Source: Octopus sinensis
Taxonomy: Eukaryota
NCBI RefSeq assembly: GCF_006345805.1
Contig: NW_021832228.1
Span: forward strand, 138,114 to 202,113
Direction: 5' to 3'
Length of the DNA stretch: 64,000 bases
Each line of letters begins with the position of its first letter. The stretch's first letter is position 1. Shown piece by piece: positions 37,950 to 49,505 of the stretch. The notes under the pieces were generated by a model. The model made no database searches, had not been told where the DNA came from, and worked only from the letters and a program-made list of their open reading frames with translations. Both the position numbers and the translations under genes were made by a program.

Positions 37950-38123
37950 TATAAAATTCAAGTTGTTTTGGTATAAATATTGGCGCTAATTTAACAGGCA
38001 AATAGTCTACTAATTCCCTAAGATTCCATGTTTAGTGGAATTTACAAAGGAAAAGAAAAACACAACGCGGACATCCACCACGTGTTTTCCCGTGCACGAA
38101 AATCGAGCGTAACCCACATTATA
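37950..38123 (+). pseudogene. TATDN1: TatD DNase 5' fragment
   Basis: NIGANLT|DSMFSGIYKGKEKHNADIHHVFSRARKSSVTHII, with a 25-nt GC-AG intron at 37998-38022. Confidence 0.88.
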
Positions 38124-38226
38124 TCAAATTTTGTGGACAATGATTGTACTGGATTTATTATTTTTCCCCAATGATGTGGATTGTAGCAAAATTCCCATGT
38201 TTTTATGTTCAATTTTTATTTTAAGA

Positions 38227-38958
38227 TAGTATTGGTTAAAACAATAACCAACATGGTCATATTCCTAGAGAGAATGGCTCACAGCCACTAAACTGAGAAA
38301 ATGCCTTATACATTCATTAAAATAGTGCCAGATGTGAATTTTATTTCATCTTCTTAAAACATTTTACGATTCCTGATACGTCAACAGTTATGCAGCTGTT
38401 CATAAAATATAAATATTGAAAACTGAATTAGAGTGTATGACAAAGTTATACGAATTTGCAAATCTCCAAATAAATATGCGAATATTAAGCACAAAGCTGA
38501 AAAATCAAATCCCTCCACAATTTTAGTCGGATTAGTTAAAATGTTATCAATGGATTGTGATTCAAATCGCTCACTTGCCATTAAGATTTATATGACCATC
38601 TCTCAAATCACGAAAACTCAAACTTATCGCATGTTAGTTAAATATTTTAAATATTTCTGCATTAATTGGAGATTATTAGTATCAGACTCATATACTCCTT
38701 CGGTAAACATGCCAATAGAAGTAGGCAATACTCAATTATCCACAATAATTCTACACAAACAGTATCACTGAGTGAGTTTATTTTAATTTAGAAGGTGATC
38801 ATTCTTCGAATTATTAAAATGTTGGTGGTAACAATTATCTCAAGTTTTTTGCAATTAACAAAAAGCATTGTCGTATAAAGCTTTGGTGACGTGATCGTAT
38901 TTTAGTATTGGTTAAAACGATAACCAACATGGTTATATTCCTGGAGAAAATGGCTCAC
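38227..38958 (+). repeat. Two dispersed 56-bp direct repeats (38227-38282 and 38903-38958), probably paralogous exons
   Basis: Both read VLVKTITNMVIFLE(R/K)MAH; 3 of the 4 differences are synonymous. Confidence 0.8.
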
Positions 38959-41039
38959 GCCCTGAAAAAATTAGACTGTTTGATTAAATAAAGAACTCTT
39001 TAAAAACAATGGCGTATAATTTCATAAAAATCGTGGCCACTGGTTGTTCTAATAGAAATACTTGCAGGTGGTCAAGACATGCAAAACCATCTCCGTTGTT
39101 TGAACTCCCAAAACTATCGAGGAGCAAAGGGAACTAGAAGGGATTAACAGAACTTATCCAGAACAGGGTGGCACAAGAGAGATTTCGTATACACATATTT
39201 ATGACAAAAGTGTTGTGATGGGTTCAATGGTATGGAAAGATAAGCATGAAGAGGATACAAATAGAAAATAAAATTTTCAATCGATAAATAGTTTAGACCA
39301 GACCAATTTCGTAGTTAGACCAGATTAATAAAATTAAAATAACGGAATTTAAAATAATAATTCCGGAATTTAAAATCATTAAAACACAAAACTTGAATAA
39401 TCGAATGAATATCAATAAAATTAAATATAAATTAAAACAAAATTAAAAGACCACCACACAAAATGACAACAAAAACGCACGGGATAACTTTTATTCTAAT
39501 AGGGGTATCCATTAAAAAATGTTTCTCTGGTCCAATTTTTTAGTCTTTTTCAAAATAAATTTGACCTCTTTATTCCAGACACGGACCTAACCTGAATGAG
39601 GAAAATTTGTAAACATCGAATCTTGGCTGGCTACAGAAAATCACAAACAATGAGAAAATGCACTCTTTCTTATTAACCAAATAATGCGGAAAGTCAGAGC
39701 TGATTCTAGAGACGATAGGGCTCGGAAAAATCAAACAAAACTAAATTGACTCACATATACATTTGCTCTCGGAAATATTCACCACTTCGCTTGGACGGAG
39801 GACTGTTATCTTCTTTCGTCAATAAAAAAATTGATGATTTTTTTTGACATATTTTCTTAATAAGAAGAATCTTACTCAAAGTCCTTTATATTAGATGATT
39901 ATCACTAATTTTTTCTGTCAAAAAAAAACTCAAATCAATTTTTAAAAGTAAGTTGTAAGGAACTGGATGTGTCTACGCAGATTAACCTTGAAGTTAGTTT
40001 ATAACTGTTTTTTGTAACGGCCAACGAGACCTCTGGATATTTGGAAGGGCCATTTTTGTTTTATGTTGGCTCTAATGAGGTCTTCGACTCATTTTGGAAT
40101 ACGCCTTTCACAAAATTACTTAACCACAATAGTCCACAATTCTTGTTTACCTTCTTTTATAATAACTACTCCTGACTTTCCACATTTACACTGGGAATTG
40201 AATATTTTCCAATTTTACTTTGATCTTCAAATGATCGAACTTGTAATGAATTTTGTTTCATTTTTCAACCATAGGCTAAATTCTTCAATTAAAAGGGTTA
40301 TTTGGAATTTACCTTATAAGTTTATTAATAAAAAGAAACTAATTAATTGTGGTATTCGGTGACTACTCCATCCCATTTCATCACACACGGAATGACATGG
40401 ACTTACTAACTAATAGATTAATTTACCAAATAGGGTGTCTTTACAAAAAAAAGTTCAAACACAAAGTTTACTATACAATTTCGCTATTAAAAATTAAATT
40501 TCATTCCAAATATAGGCAGTGGAATGGTTGAATATATAAAGAAAAATATTTAATTTATTTATCAAATTCAAAAAATTCAGGAAAATCAACAATGTAAAAA
40601 ATAGCACATTATCAGTAATTTCATAAATATTTGTTTAGACCAAAATAAACTAACCACATTTCTACAACATAATAGATTAGTTCATAAATTTAAAAAAGCA
40701 CAGTAGTTGTCCATATTCCCTTTTTAAGAATAAGTAGACTTTATTAAATAACTGTCAGCGAATATATAGCAAATATCATGAAAATAGACGTAGAATGCAA
40801 ATAATAATAAAAAATGAAACGCTCATAAAGAGTACTTCAGGGTACCCCAGAGTGATGAATGTAAAATCGTCAGTTTGATTTACAGTATGCAAACTGTCCT
40901 TATTTTCGACAAAAGTCGACTGCTCTTCTTCGAAATCGCAAAATTCACAGCAAGAATCTGAATCGATTGGAGCCGAGACAACTAGTGGTGAAAAAACCAC
41001 CACATTCGAAGCCACCAATTCGCACTTTGAGGACATAAG

Positions 41040-41315
41040 ACACGTCGAACTCTCAAGATTTCGAGGTTGGCATCACCCTTTATTTCTCGACTATAAAAAT
41101 AAACAAAATAAGGACGTTGATCCGTCCTGTACAATCTGCTATGACGGACGACACACAGTAACGCACGTCGTCCTGGAATGCAAAAACCTCACTGCTATAA
41201 GAATATCATATAAGATTAACTCCCTCCTTAACTTATGGTATGATCCTAAGAGGTTTGTCAGTTTTCTTCATGCTGCATTTCTCCCAATTTCACGGGGAAT
41301 GGTGTTAAATAAATA
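41040..41315 (+). mobile_element. I-group LINE 3' end with CCHC knuckle
   Basis: ELSRFRGWHHPL..CTICYDGRHTVTHVVLEC..LWYDP. Confidence 0.8.
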
Positions 41316-42001
41316 AAAATCTTATTGATTTGACATTCGAATACAATTTAAAAGATATCCTAAAAAGATGAATCTCTTTAATTTTTGTCGTCAACCAACG
41401 AAAAAATTCCGCAAAAATTATCATCAAAGGGTTCCGCAAACATCTTAAAGTTGAAACCATTTCTCTAATAGATGGAGAGAAATTAATTGATTTGAAATTA
41501 TGAACATTATTAACCACAGCTAAAAATTTACAAGCCAAAACAATATCATACAATAATTAAAAATACAATAAAACCGAGTATATAAATAGTACATAGTTTA
41601 TTTATTACAATGTCTTTTACCTATGCAATGCTCGGTTTTGATTTTGTTTCATTTATAGGAATACTTTTTTGCGGGTCTATATACGGTACAATAAGAGGGG
41701 TTTATGTTTGAGTGTGAATATATCTATAATTATGACGGTCATTCATACTACTTTGCAAAAAACGCTGATTTAGGAACTTCTTACAAAGACAATTGTGTTA
41801 TGGAGGGGTACTACCCGGTTGATATAACAAGCGATGCAGAAAATAGCGTAGTTGAAAGTTAGCAAACTATTTGCATTCGAGGTGTCCTCAGAAAGGACTA
41901 TTTTATTGGAATACATATCAAATCTAATCCTGACTAACATAAAGCATAATCTATAGGTATATACAAACTTCTTAGAAGGCATAAGTTCCAATGGTCTAGT
42001 G

Positions 42002-43430
42002 CAGTGGTTCTCAACGGTGGGCGATTCGCCCCCTAGGGGCGATTTTTCTGCCAAGGGGGCGATGGCTGATTGCTAATATTTGAAAAATTAAAATCTTATG
42101 TTAGAAGTCGATAATCTTTGAAAAAATAAAGATTTTTTCTAGAATTAAAAAAGAATTTTGAAAATAAAAACACCTTACCGTCAATCTTTAATAAAAATAT
42201 ATCTCAAAATGTCTCTGGATTATCTTATTCATATAAAGTTGCAGAGATATCTTGATAGATAGGATAGTATTGGGTTCGATGAAGTTAGTATATTGGGAGA
42301 TTGATCATGGGAACTATCAAACAATGTGGGTGTGTCGTGGAGTGAGGCAGCTGCCAGGCAAGAGTTACAGTGCCATATTGGGATGCTGGAAGCGGATTTC
42401 TTCGAAATCTTGAGACATCCAATATGGAAGTAAGCATGGCAGTTGGCGCAGTAAATGCCGTTTTTGCGGCAGTTAATTTTACTGCATTTACCACATGGTA
42501 ATGCATTTACCACATCGTGGAAAAGGGATGACATGTAAAAATAGGAAAGAAGTATTAAGAAAGATAACAGAAATACCGACGAAAGTATTAAATTATACAA
42601 AAAATTTGAAAAATAACAAATAAATGAAAAATGTACACCACTTTTTATAAAGATATTTCGATGATGATTCTATTTTGCAAGAAGAGTTATTATTTGCAAA
42701 ATCTTTAGTCACGGATACTACAGGATTGTCAATATTAAATGTTTGAATCTTATTTATTCTTAAATGATATTCCATTTGAACATATTTTATCGTGCGCAAC
42801 TGATGGCGCAATGGCTATGGTTGGAAAATATCGTGGTTTTTTAGCTTTTCTAAAACAAAAATCTCCAATGTCTACTTCAATTCATTGTATTTTACATCGG
42901 CATCATTTAATTGCAAAAAAATTATCTGAAGAATTGAATGCATCAATGCAAATTGTTATCAAAGTTATCAATAAAATTAAAAGAAACAGCAAGTACGATC
43001 GTATTTTTCGTGAATACTGCACTAACCAAAATGAAGATTATGTTAGGTTACTTTTACATACCGAAGTAAGATGGTTATCTAAGGGAAATTGTCTTGAAAG
43101 ATTTGTGATATTATTTGATGCAATTGTTGATTTTTTAAGATTACAAGAAGAATTTAAATTGTTTAATTCCTGCAAAATTCATAGAAAAAATATTTTTTAT
43201 TTAAATTGGATTTTAAAAAATTAAAAAAGAGGCGACATTAGAATTACACTAACGAAAAGAAGTACAAATTTTGAAAAACTTGTCAATCTTCATCAACCAC
43301 AAGGATCTCATTAAAACTCTTATTTTTTAAATAAAAATTTTTACTAATGAAATAAGGGGGCGATATAAAAATTGGAGGGGCGAAAAAAATTCCAAGGGGG
43401 CGATACAAAAATAAAGGTTGAGAACCACTG
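42002..43430 (+). mobile_element. Internally deleted hAT (Buster-type) element
   Basis: TIR CAGTGGTTCTCAAC; TSD GTCTAGTG at 41994-42001 and 43431-43438; subterminal GGGGCGA repeats; TDGAMAM, HCILHRHHL and HTEVRWLSKG. Confidence 0.95.
42229..42600 (-). mobile_element. CRE 5' fragment with PHD finger, inside the hAT
   Basis: CGKC..RKNGIYCANCHAYFHIGCLKISKKSASSIPIWHCNSC aligns with the N-terminus of the 32271 ORF. Confidence 0.8.
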
Positions 43431-43899
43431 GTCTAGTGAGTGTTGCCGTAATTAAACACATAAGTGGAAAATGGACTCTCTTAAAAGAATCTTCACAAAA
43501 CTTTTATATTTGCAAAAAAGGTATAATAGTCCATGTAATTAAAAGTTAAAATATCATCGTCAGGCGTTAACATAACCTCAAATAAACTTCTATTATATTT
43601 ATTCTGTATACCGAAACTACAATATTTTGGGTTCTCTGAAGTTTTTCAAGGTTTGGAATAGATAAGCAGGAGCCTCAAGCAGGGACAGCGTAGTTCATTG
43701 TTGTTCTGATAAACTGCTTGTATACAGTTACTAGACTCTCCTTATCCTGCCCAAATGACGTCCCCGCAATAGCTCGAAGCACATTGAGTTTTTTTCTGGG
43801 ATTTTTCACAGATGTATAAAACATGTTTCGAGAAAGATAAACAGCAATCAAATTTCAGACCCAAGATTTTGGGGGATTTTTCAACTGGGAGAGGAATGT

Positions 43900-45020
43900 T
43901 GTCTAGGAATAGTTTAGGCCCAAGTTTACGAGATTTTTCGTAATCTCAGGTCGAAAGTTTTCCCAATCAATGGGCCAACCTTAAAGCTTATTACACGTAA
44001 AATTATGTATAGAAATTCAAATCATAATTTCACTGCTTCTAATGGATGGCTTTACAGATTCAAGATACTATTCGAATTAAAATTCAGAATATTACATGGC
44101 GAATCACGATCAACCAATAAAGGAGGTGAGAAAACATCCGATCAACTTTCAATGATTTTCTTGAAAAACTATGGGGGAAAAAACATTTTCAACTGTGATG
44201 AAACTCCATTATTTTATAAAGCTGTTTCCAAAAAGAGGTTTGTTAAAAGCAATGAGTCACACAACGGACATAAAATAAGAAAAGAACGTATGAAACTTCT
44301 TTTGTGTTGCAGTTACACAGGAGAAAAATATAAACCGCTTATAATTGGGAGTATTAAAAAGTGTGAATCTGAAAGAAATTGGCATTAAATATGATGCTTC
44401 GATTTAACGAGGAAATGAGGGAGAAAAGAAGGAAAATAGCATCGTTAATTGACAATGCAACTTTCATACGTCGACGTAATTTTTTTTCCAAAAAATACAA
44501 GTTCCTTAATTCAGCCAGGTAACCAATTGGATTCTATTTCATGTTCGAAATTGGCATGGGACGAGATTACAATACAACATTGCTTTGAAAAAGCTTTGGA
44601 ATATGACTGTCGGGAAAAAGAGGACATCGGAGAAAGTCTGATTAATCCCGATATTGTGGAAAATGCGATTTTGAAGAGTTTCTGGGATGATAACAGTAGT
44701 AATAAAGAGGACTGCAGCGAACAATTTCTGGAACATTTGGATGATCAACAAGTTATAAACAATGTGGAATGCGCATTCACAATGCTACTAAATGTTATTA
44801 AGCAAGAGACTCCGGAAAATGTACTTGATCTATTCAGATTCAAAGCAAATATTATGAGTTCGATACGAAAAAAAACAGTCGATTAAAATTAACTGATTTT
44901 TTATTAAAAATTTTAGTTATCCGTTATATTATTAACGTAGGATATCGAACAGGAGAGACCTAAATTTAATGAAAAACCTCAAAAATTGGGGAAAAATTTT
45001 CCCAATTCGAGGTCGCACTG
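43900..45020 (+). mobile_element. pogo/Tigger-like element remnant
   Basis: PINGPTLK, FTASNGWLYRFK, IFNCDETPLFYK, KERMKLLLCC and FFPKNTSSLIQP; terminus GAGGTCGCACTG then TA. Confidence 0.88.
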
Positions 45021-45109
45021 TATATGTCTACTATAGACATTAAGTAAGAAAAATGATCATTTTGATTTTTAAATCTACAATAATAACTAATAAACTTTCA
45101 ACTTTTTAA

Positions 45110-45540
45110 AAACAATGAAATCGACTTGAAACCTTCCATTAGGTAAATCAGTGACAATATTGCTTGAATCGTCATACTGTTTCATTGGCACAGCAAACAT
45201 GCATATATTACACTCCCTTAAGACTTGGCGAATGATGTTTCGCTTGATTACAAAAAATCTCCTTCTGCAAAGTGCATCCAGAGCATTATCCTCACAATGG
45301 TTTGTTTCGTGAATTTTTTGAAAACTTATTTTTATTTCTTTAATGCTTGTTAAAGTTATAACAAGATTGTAAAGTCGATTAGTATTTTGAAAAATAGTTT
45401 TCTGTCAATAAGAATAAAATTTTCATCTTTCTTTTTCAATCGGAATTTTCTAACTTTCGAAATATCCACGTTTTTCCTTCAAGAACGGATTTCTGTAAAA
45501 TTGTACTTTGAATAATCTTTACTCATTTGGGCCATTAGGT
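45110..45540 (-). mobile_element. Ginger-like integrase N-terminal remnant
   Basis: KIHETNHC..IKRNIIRQVLRECNIC followed by VQVDFI. Confidence 0.65.
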
Positions 45541-45910
45541 TAACATAATTATTTTAACGTGGATTATTATTTTATAGCGAGCTGTCATAATTACAGTCTC
45601 GGCTTGGTTTCACTTTAGGTTCTTAAATATATAAACAAAATTAAATACAAAGTTTAAGCAAGTAATAATCGATCATTAAGCATTTTAGTTTGATCTTACT
45701 TTGATTTTATCGATTATCATTTTTTTGAATCGAAAAAAAATTTGATGCAAGTTAGGTAAGTAACTAAATGATATTCGAGAGCCTAAGGATCAGCTGCGTA
45801 TTGAATAGCAGTTTAGAATAAAGGATTATGAATTTTATTTTCCCATGCGTTATTGGTCAGGCTGTTTGAATAAATCAGGGCGAGTGAAATAGGCACCACA
45901 AGACCTTAGA

Positions 45911-46818
45911 TTGTTTCTAAGAATGAATGTGTCTGGAAAAGTTTGTGTAGGCAAAAAATCCTACAGTTCCGAGTTCCCCCACGTTTTCTGCACAGTGGGG
46001 TACCACCCGACGAACTGCGAAGGACTTACCAGACAGGATGTCCTCGATCTAAAAGACCTGGCACTCCTCAATCGAGATAAAATTATATCCATTGGGGAAA
46101 TTGGACTCGGTAAGTGACCCTCTCCATTTCTAGATTATATGAGGACTAATTTCTGTTCTCAAGAAAGTCAAAAAGGTTGTTTTTTAAATTAGTCTAGTTT
46201 AGAGGGCTAGAAATGCAGTTGGATGTGTTTTCGGGGCTTGATTTGTCACTGTTCTTGCACTGTAGAGACAGTCATGACGATTTGCTGGAGATTTTGTGTC
46301 GGAATAAGTCAATGTTGGCCTGTGGTGGTGTGGTAGGTCTTTGTGATGAGTTTATCAGGTCCATTCGTTTGATGGCACAGCAGAACAGGCTCAGAAGATT
46401 CTGGAATTGGGTCTTTATATTGGAATAAATGGATGGTAGGCCGTCAACTAATAATTTCCAGTTCTTTAAAGACTAGTGATAATTTAAAGGTGTTGGAGGG
46501 ACTTCCTGTGGATAGAATCCTGGTGGAGACGGGTTATATTGTGTCGGGTGATGATAGATGCTTCCTGGTGTGGGATAAAGAGGACGTGGGAGGCTGATCA
46601 GTTCGTGCAGACTCGGTGGTCGACAGTGAGGAATGACAGGTGGACAGAAACATGCATGATTCGTGGGCGGAATGAGCCTGCGTGTATTGCGTGAGTTGTT
46701 TCCTTATTGGTTTAGACAAGTTATTGAGGTTATCTCTGCTGTTAAATGCATTCCTGTACATCAATTGGCCAGTGTTGTGTACCACAATTCTTTGTCTCTC
46801 TTTTTCTTTCGACAATAA
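45911..46818 (+). pseudogene. TATDN1: TatD DNase main 3' part with 24-27 nt introns
   Basis: CTVGYHPT, SIGEIGLDY, LFLHCR, GGVVHSFDGT, YIGINGCSLKT, RILVETD, GRNEPACI and VYHNSLSLFF; a 1-bp frameshift in an A run near 46172. Confidence 0.93.
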
Positions 46819-46923
46819 TTGTCTGTTTTATTTATTTACATCATTCTGGAGTGTCTTATTAATTTTTTCCAATAGTTGATTGACTCTTTATTCTCTAATA
46901 AAAAGTCGTTCTTAACACAATTA

Positions 46924-47950
46924 TTAATTTATCAAAACAATTTTTTTAAACAAAAAGTTAGTGAGATAATTTTTTTGCATCTTGGCGCAAAGTTTTTGAA
47001 ATCTTGATGTCATTGAAGAGAGTGCTACTCTTAGCTCATTAGTCACTACTAAACGAGTTCGATATCTAGATTTCATTGCAGCCTGTGCAGAAAATCCAGT
47101 TTTGCATAAATATGAGGAAGCAAATGGCAACAAAACTTTTATTGCTTTATTTGACAAAATTTCATATTCCATACTTACATTCAACCAAAAATAAATTAGC
47201 GGTTCTCTCTCGAATTTTTGTTTCAATAATGTATCACATGACAATTTTATCAATTTTTCTTTTTCAAAAGTTGTCAATTTCTTCATCAATAAATGGACTC
47301 TGTCTCCATTCGAACTTTTTACAGTCGAGATCTTAAAAATAATGAGTAAAATGCTTCAACAAACAATCCAAATGTTCAGCAAATATGTCTTTGTGCGCTT
47401 CAATGTTCACTATGGCGTAGAAGGTAGTTAAAAGTGAAAACATACCAATTTTTCATAAATGCTTTTATTTTGTCCTTTTGAGCTAATAAATGTAGTTGTT
47501 GTCCCTGCATTGATCTATTCAATATACTCAATTTCCCAAAAATGTCAACCAAATAGGCAAATTTGACAATAAAGTCATCATCCCTGAACAATTTTGCATC
47601 TTCAATATCATTTTCATAAAGAAAATCTGCAACTTGATCTTTGAGTTCAAACACACTTCGAATCACTTTTGTAAGAAATAGCCAGCCCATGTCACAATAG
47701 TATAAAAGCAAAGTATATGTAGAATTCATATCTTCACTCAGCTTTGCAAAAGCTTAGCTTTTAAAGGACTGTGTTTAATGTAGTTTATAACTTTTGTAAT
47801 TTGCGCAAAAATATCGTTCAGTTCTGGAGTCATATTCTTTCACGATTTTGATATAGATAATCACGATTTTTATATAGATCTAATTTTCTAAAAAAATGTT
47901 TCTGATATGCTTTTGGCGTCTCCCTTGACACGAATCAGCGCCTCCCTAGG
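46924..47950 (-). mobile_element. Decayed hAT (Charlie-like) remnant
   Basis: AYLVDIFGKLSILNRSMQG, KAIKVLLPFASSYLCKTGFS and ELRVALS. Confidence 0.85.
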
Positions 47951-47951
47951 G

Positions 47952-48084
47952 ATTCTTTGTCTCTCTTTTTCTCTCGATAATAATTTTCTCTTCTATTTAT
48001 TCACATAATTTTGGAGTGTCGTATTAATGTTTTCCAATAATTGATTAACTCTTTTTATTCTCTATTAAAAAGTCGTCTTTAACA
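47952..48084 (+). repeat. Diverged copy of 46787-46917 (TatD last codons and 3' UTR)
   Basis: ATTCTTTGTCTCTCTTTTTCT...TGGAGTGTC...AAAAAGTCGT is collinear in both copies, with scattered substitutions. Confidence 0.9.
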
Positions 48085-48366
48085 ACTTTGTGTCTTATAG
48101 GCCTTTCACACTGTAGGGAGACAATTGATATACTAAGAACAATTCTACATTTGTGCAACAAAGTGGTTTACCAACAGACTTTGTTTGGAATGGATTAAGA
48201 CTAATCGATTGGGGGACAATTGAGGTTAAATTATAGCTGGTTGAGAGTAATGCGGCAACTCATAAAGAAGAGACACGTGATTAGAAATAGGTGGAGTAGA
48301 CGGGGACATTGATTTGATGACCAGTCACATCAATATTATACAAATGAATGTAAAAACACAAAAATT

Positions 48367-48726
48367 TTATTGATTTTGAGCAATTTCTTTTTTAATTTTA
48401 AGGACGTGTCTGCGAATACAGTCGAAAGAGACAGTCAATTTGAAATGCTGGGAAATGGCAACTTTAAGTTTAGAAATGCTTATTTTAGGATTATTCTGAA
48501 TGATGGTGGACAGGAACACATCGTGACACCCTTCCAACTTGAACTGCCTCCTTCCACCCATCTTGTCGTCGTGGTAGCCCTCCCTTAACCACCTGTAGAC
48601 CGTCCTAATGTTCACTCCGAGTGTCTCAGCTAGGGGTCGCCAGTTTCCAGAATTATTGTAGACCTCAAATATCAATTTTTTCATTTCCATTGACTCTTTC
48701 TTCTTCAAGTACTTGCGGCTAGCCAT
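48367..48726 (-). mobile_element. IS630/Tc1-like transposase N-terminal HTH fragment
   Basis: WRPLAETLGVNIRTVYRWL..GGRR..IIQNNPKISI..F.LTVS. Confidence 0.75.
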
Positions 48727-48779
48727 GCAATAACAAGAAATTTAAATAAATTAATTATAAATAAAATAATATATTAATA

Positions 48780-49505
48780 TAATCTTGTGGAGGATGGATT
48801 TAAACAAATTATTCCTCGACTTTTTAACCGTCTACATCGCAGCCCCCTCCGCCATCCAAAAGTCCTACGGAATAGAACGAAGGTTTGCAGTCCCCCTCCC
48901 TCCGTCTTCCTCGCCGGCCACCATTGGGGACTCTTTGACCTCGTCGACTCCCTCGACAAACTCAGGGACAGACGGTCTCTGGTCGGAGTCGTCTCTCTGG
49001 GGGAGTCCTCCTATGTCCTCAACTTTGACAAGTTCAAATTCTCAGTCATTCGGATTGAAATGTCAGTTGAAGAATATTCACATTTCTGAGGACGTGAAAT
49101 ACTCCTCTCTCTCTCAGTCGACCTCTTCTTCGGTCCCTCTGGCCATTTGATGAGATTCTGTTCTCGGAGACTGAAAGTAATCTCGAAACCTTCCAAGAAG
49201 ACCCAGCAGAACAACTCCGAGAGTGAAGTCCTCATTTATTGCAGGCAGTATATCCTCCAACTCCCAAATATGCATTCTCCACAAACTCCAGCACTCTGTC
49301 CCCAAATATACCCATTGACGTTGGGAATATCTTTCGGAGGCTCTCTGCCAAACTTCTGTGCCATGCAATCGTCCCCTTTTTGTCTCAAGTGTTTCTCCCA
49401 GGACAACTCGCTTATCCCATTGTACATCTCTCATACGCTTCCCCGAGTATCCTCATGTTCGACGATGTTCCCATCTCTTCGGCCACCGGGGTCCAACAGG
49501 GAGAT
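48780..49505 (+). mobile_element. Heavily deleted CRE copy
   Basis: PIDVGNIFRRLSAK and YPIVHLSYASPSILMF..SATGVQQGD; cut off by the MULE. Confidence 0.85.

Larger units (their letters stand above)
41610..43525 (+). pseudogene. C-type lectin domain gene disrupted by a hAT insertion
   Basis: YNYDGHSYYF..NC..EGYYPVDITSDAENSVV, YFIGI, YTNF and, after the insertion, GKWT...FYICKK. Confidence 0.75.

Noticed and set aside
40063-41036. Possible second membrane-anchored C-type lectin relic on the minus strand
   Set aside because: Only a hydrophobic stretch and HDICYIF are suggestive; the remaining motifs could not be assembled.
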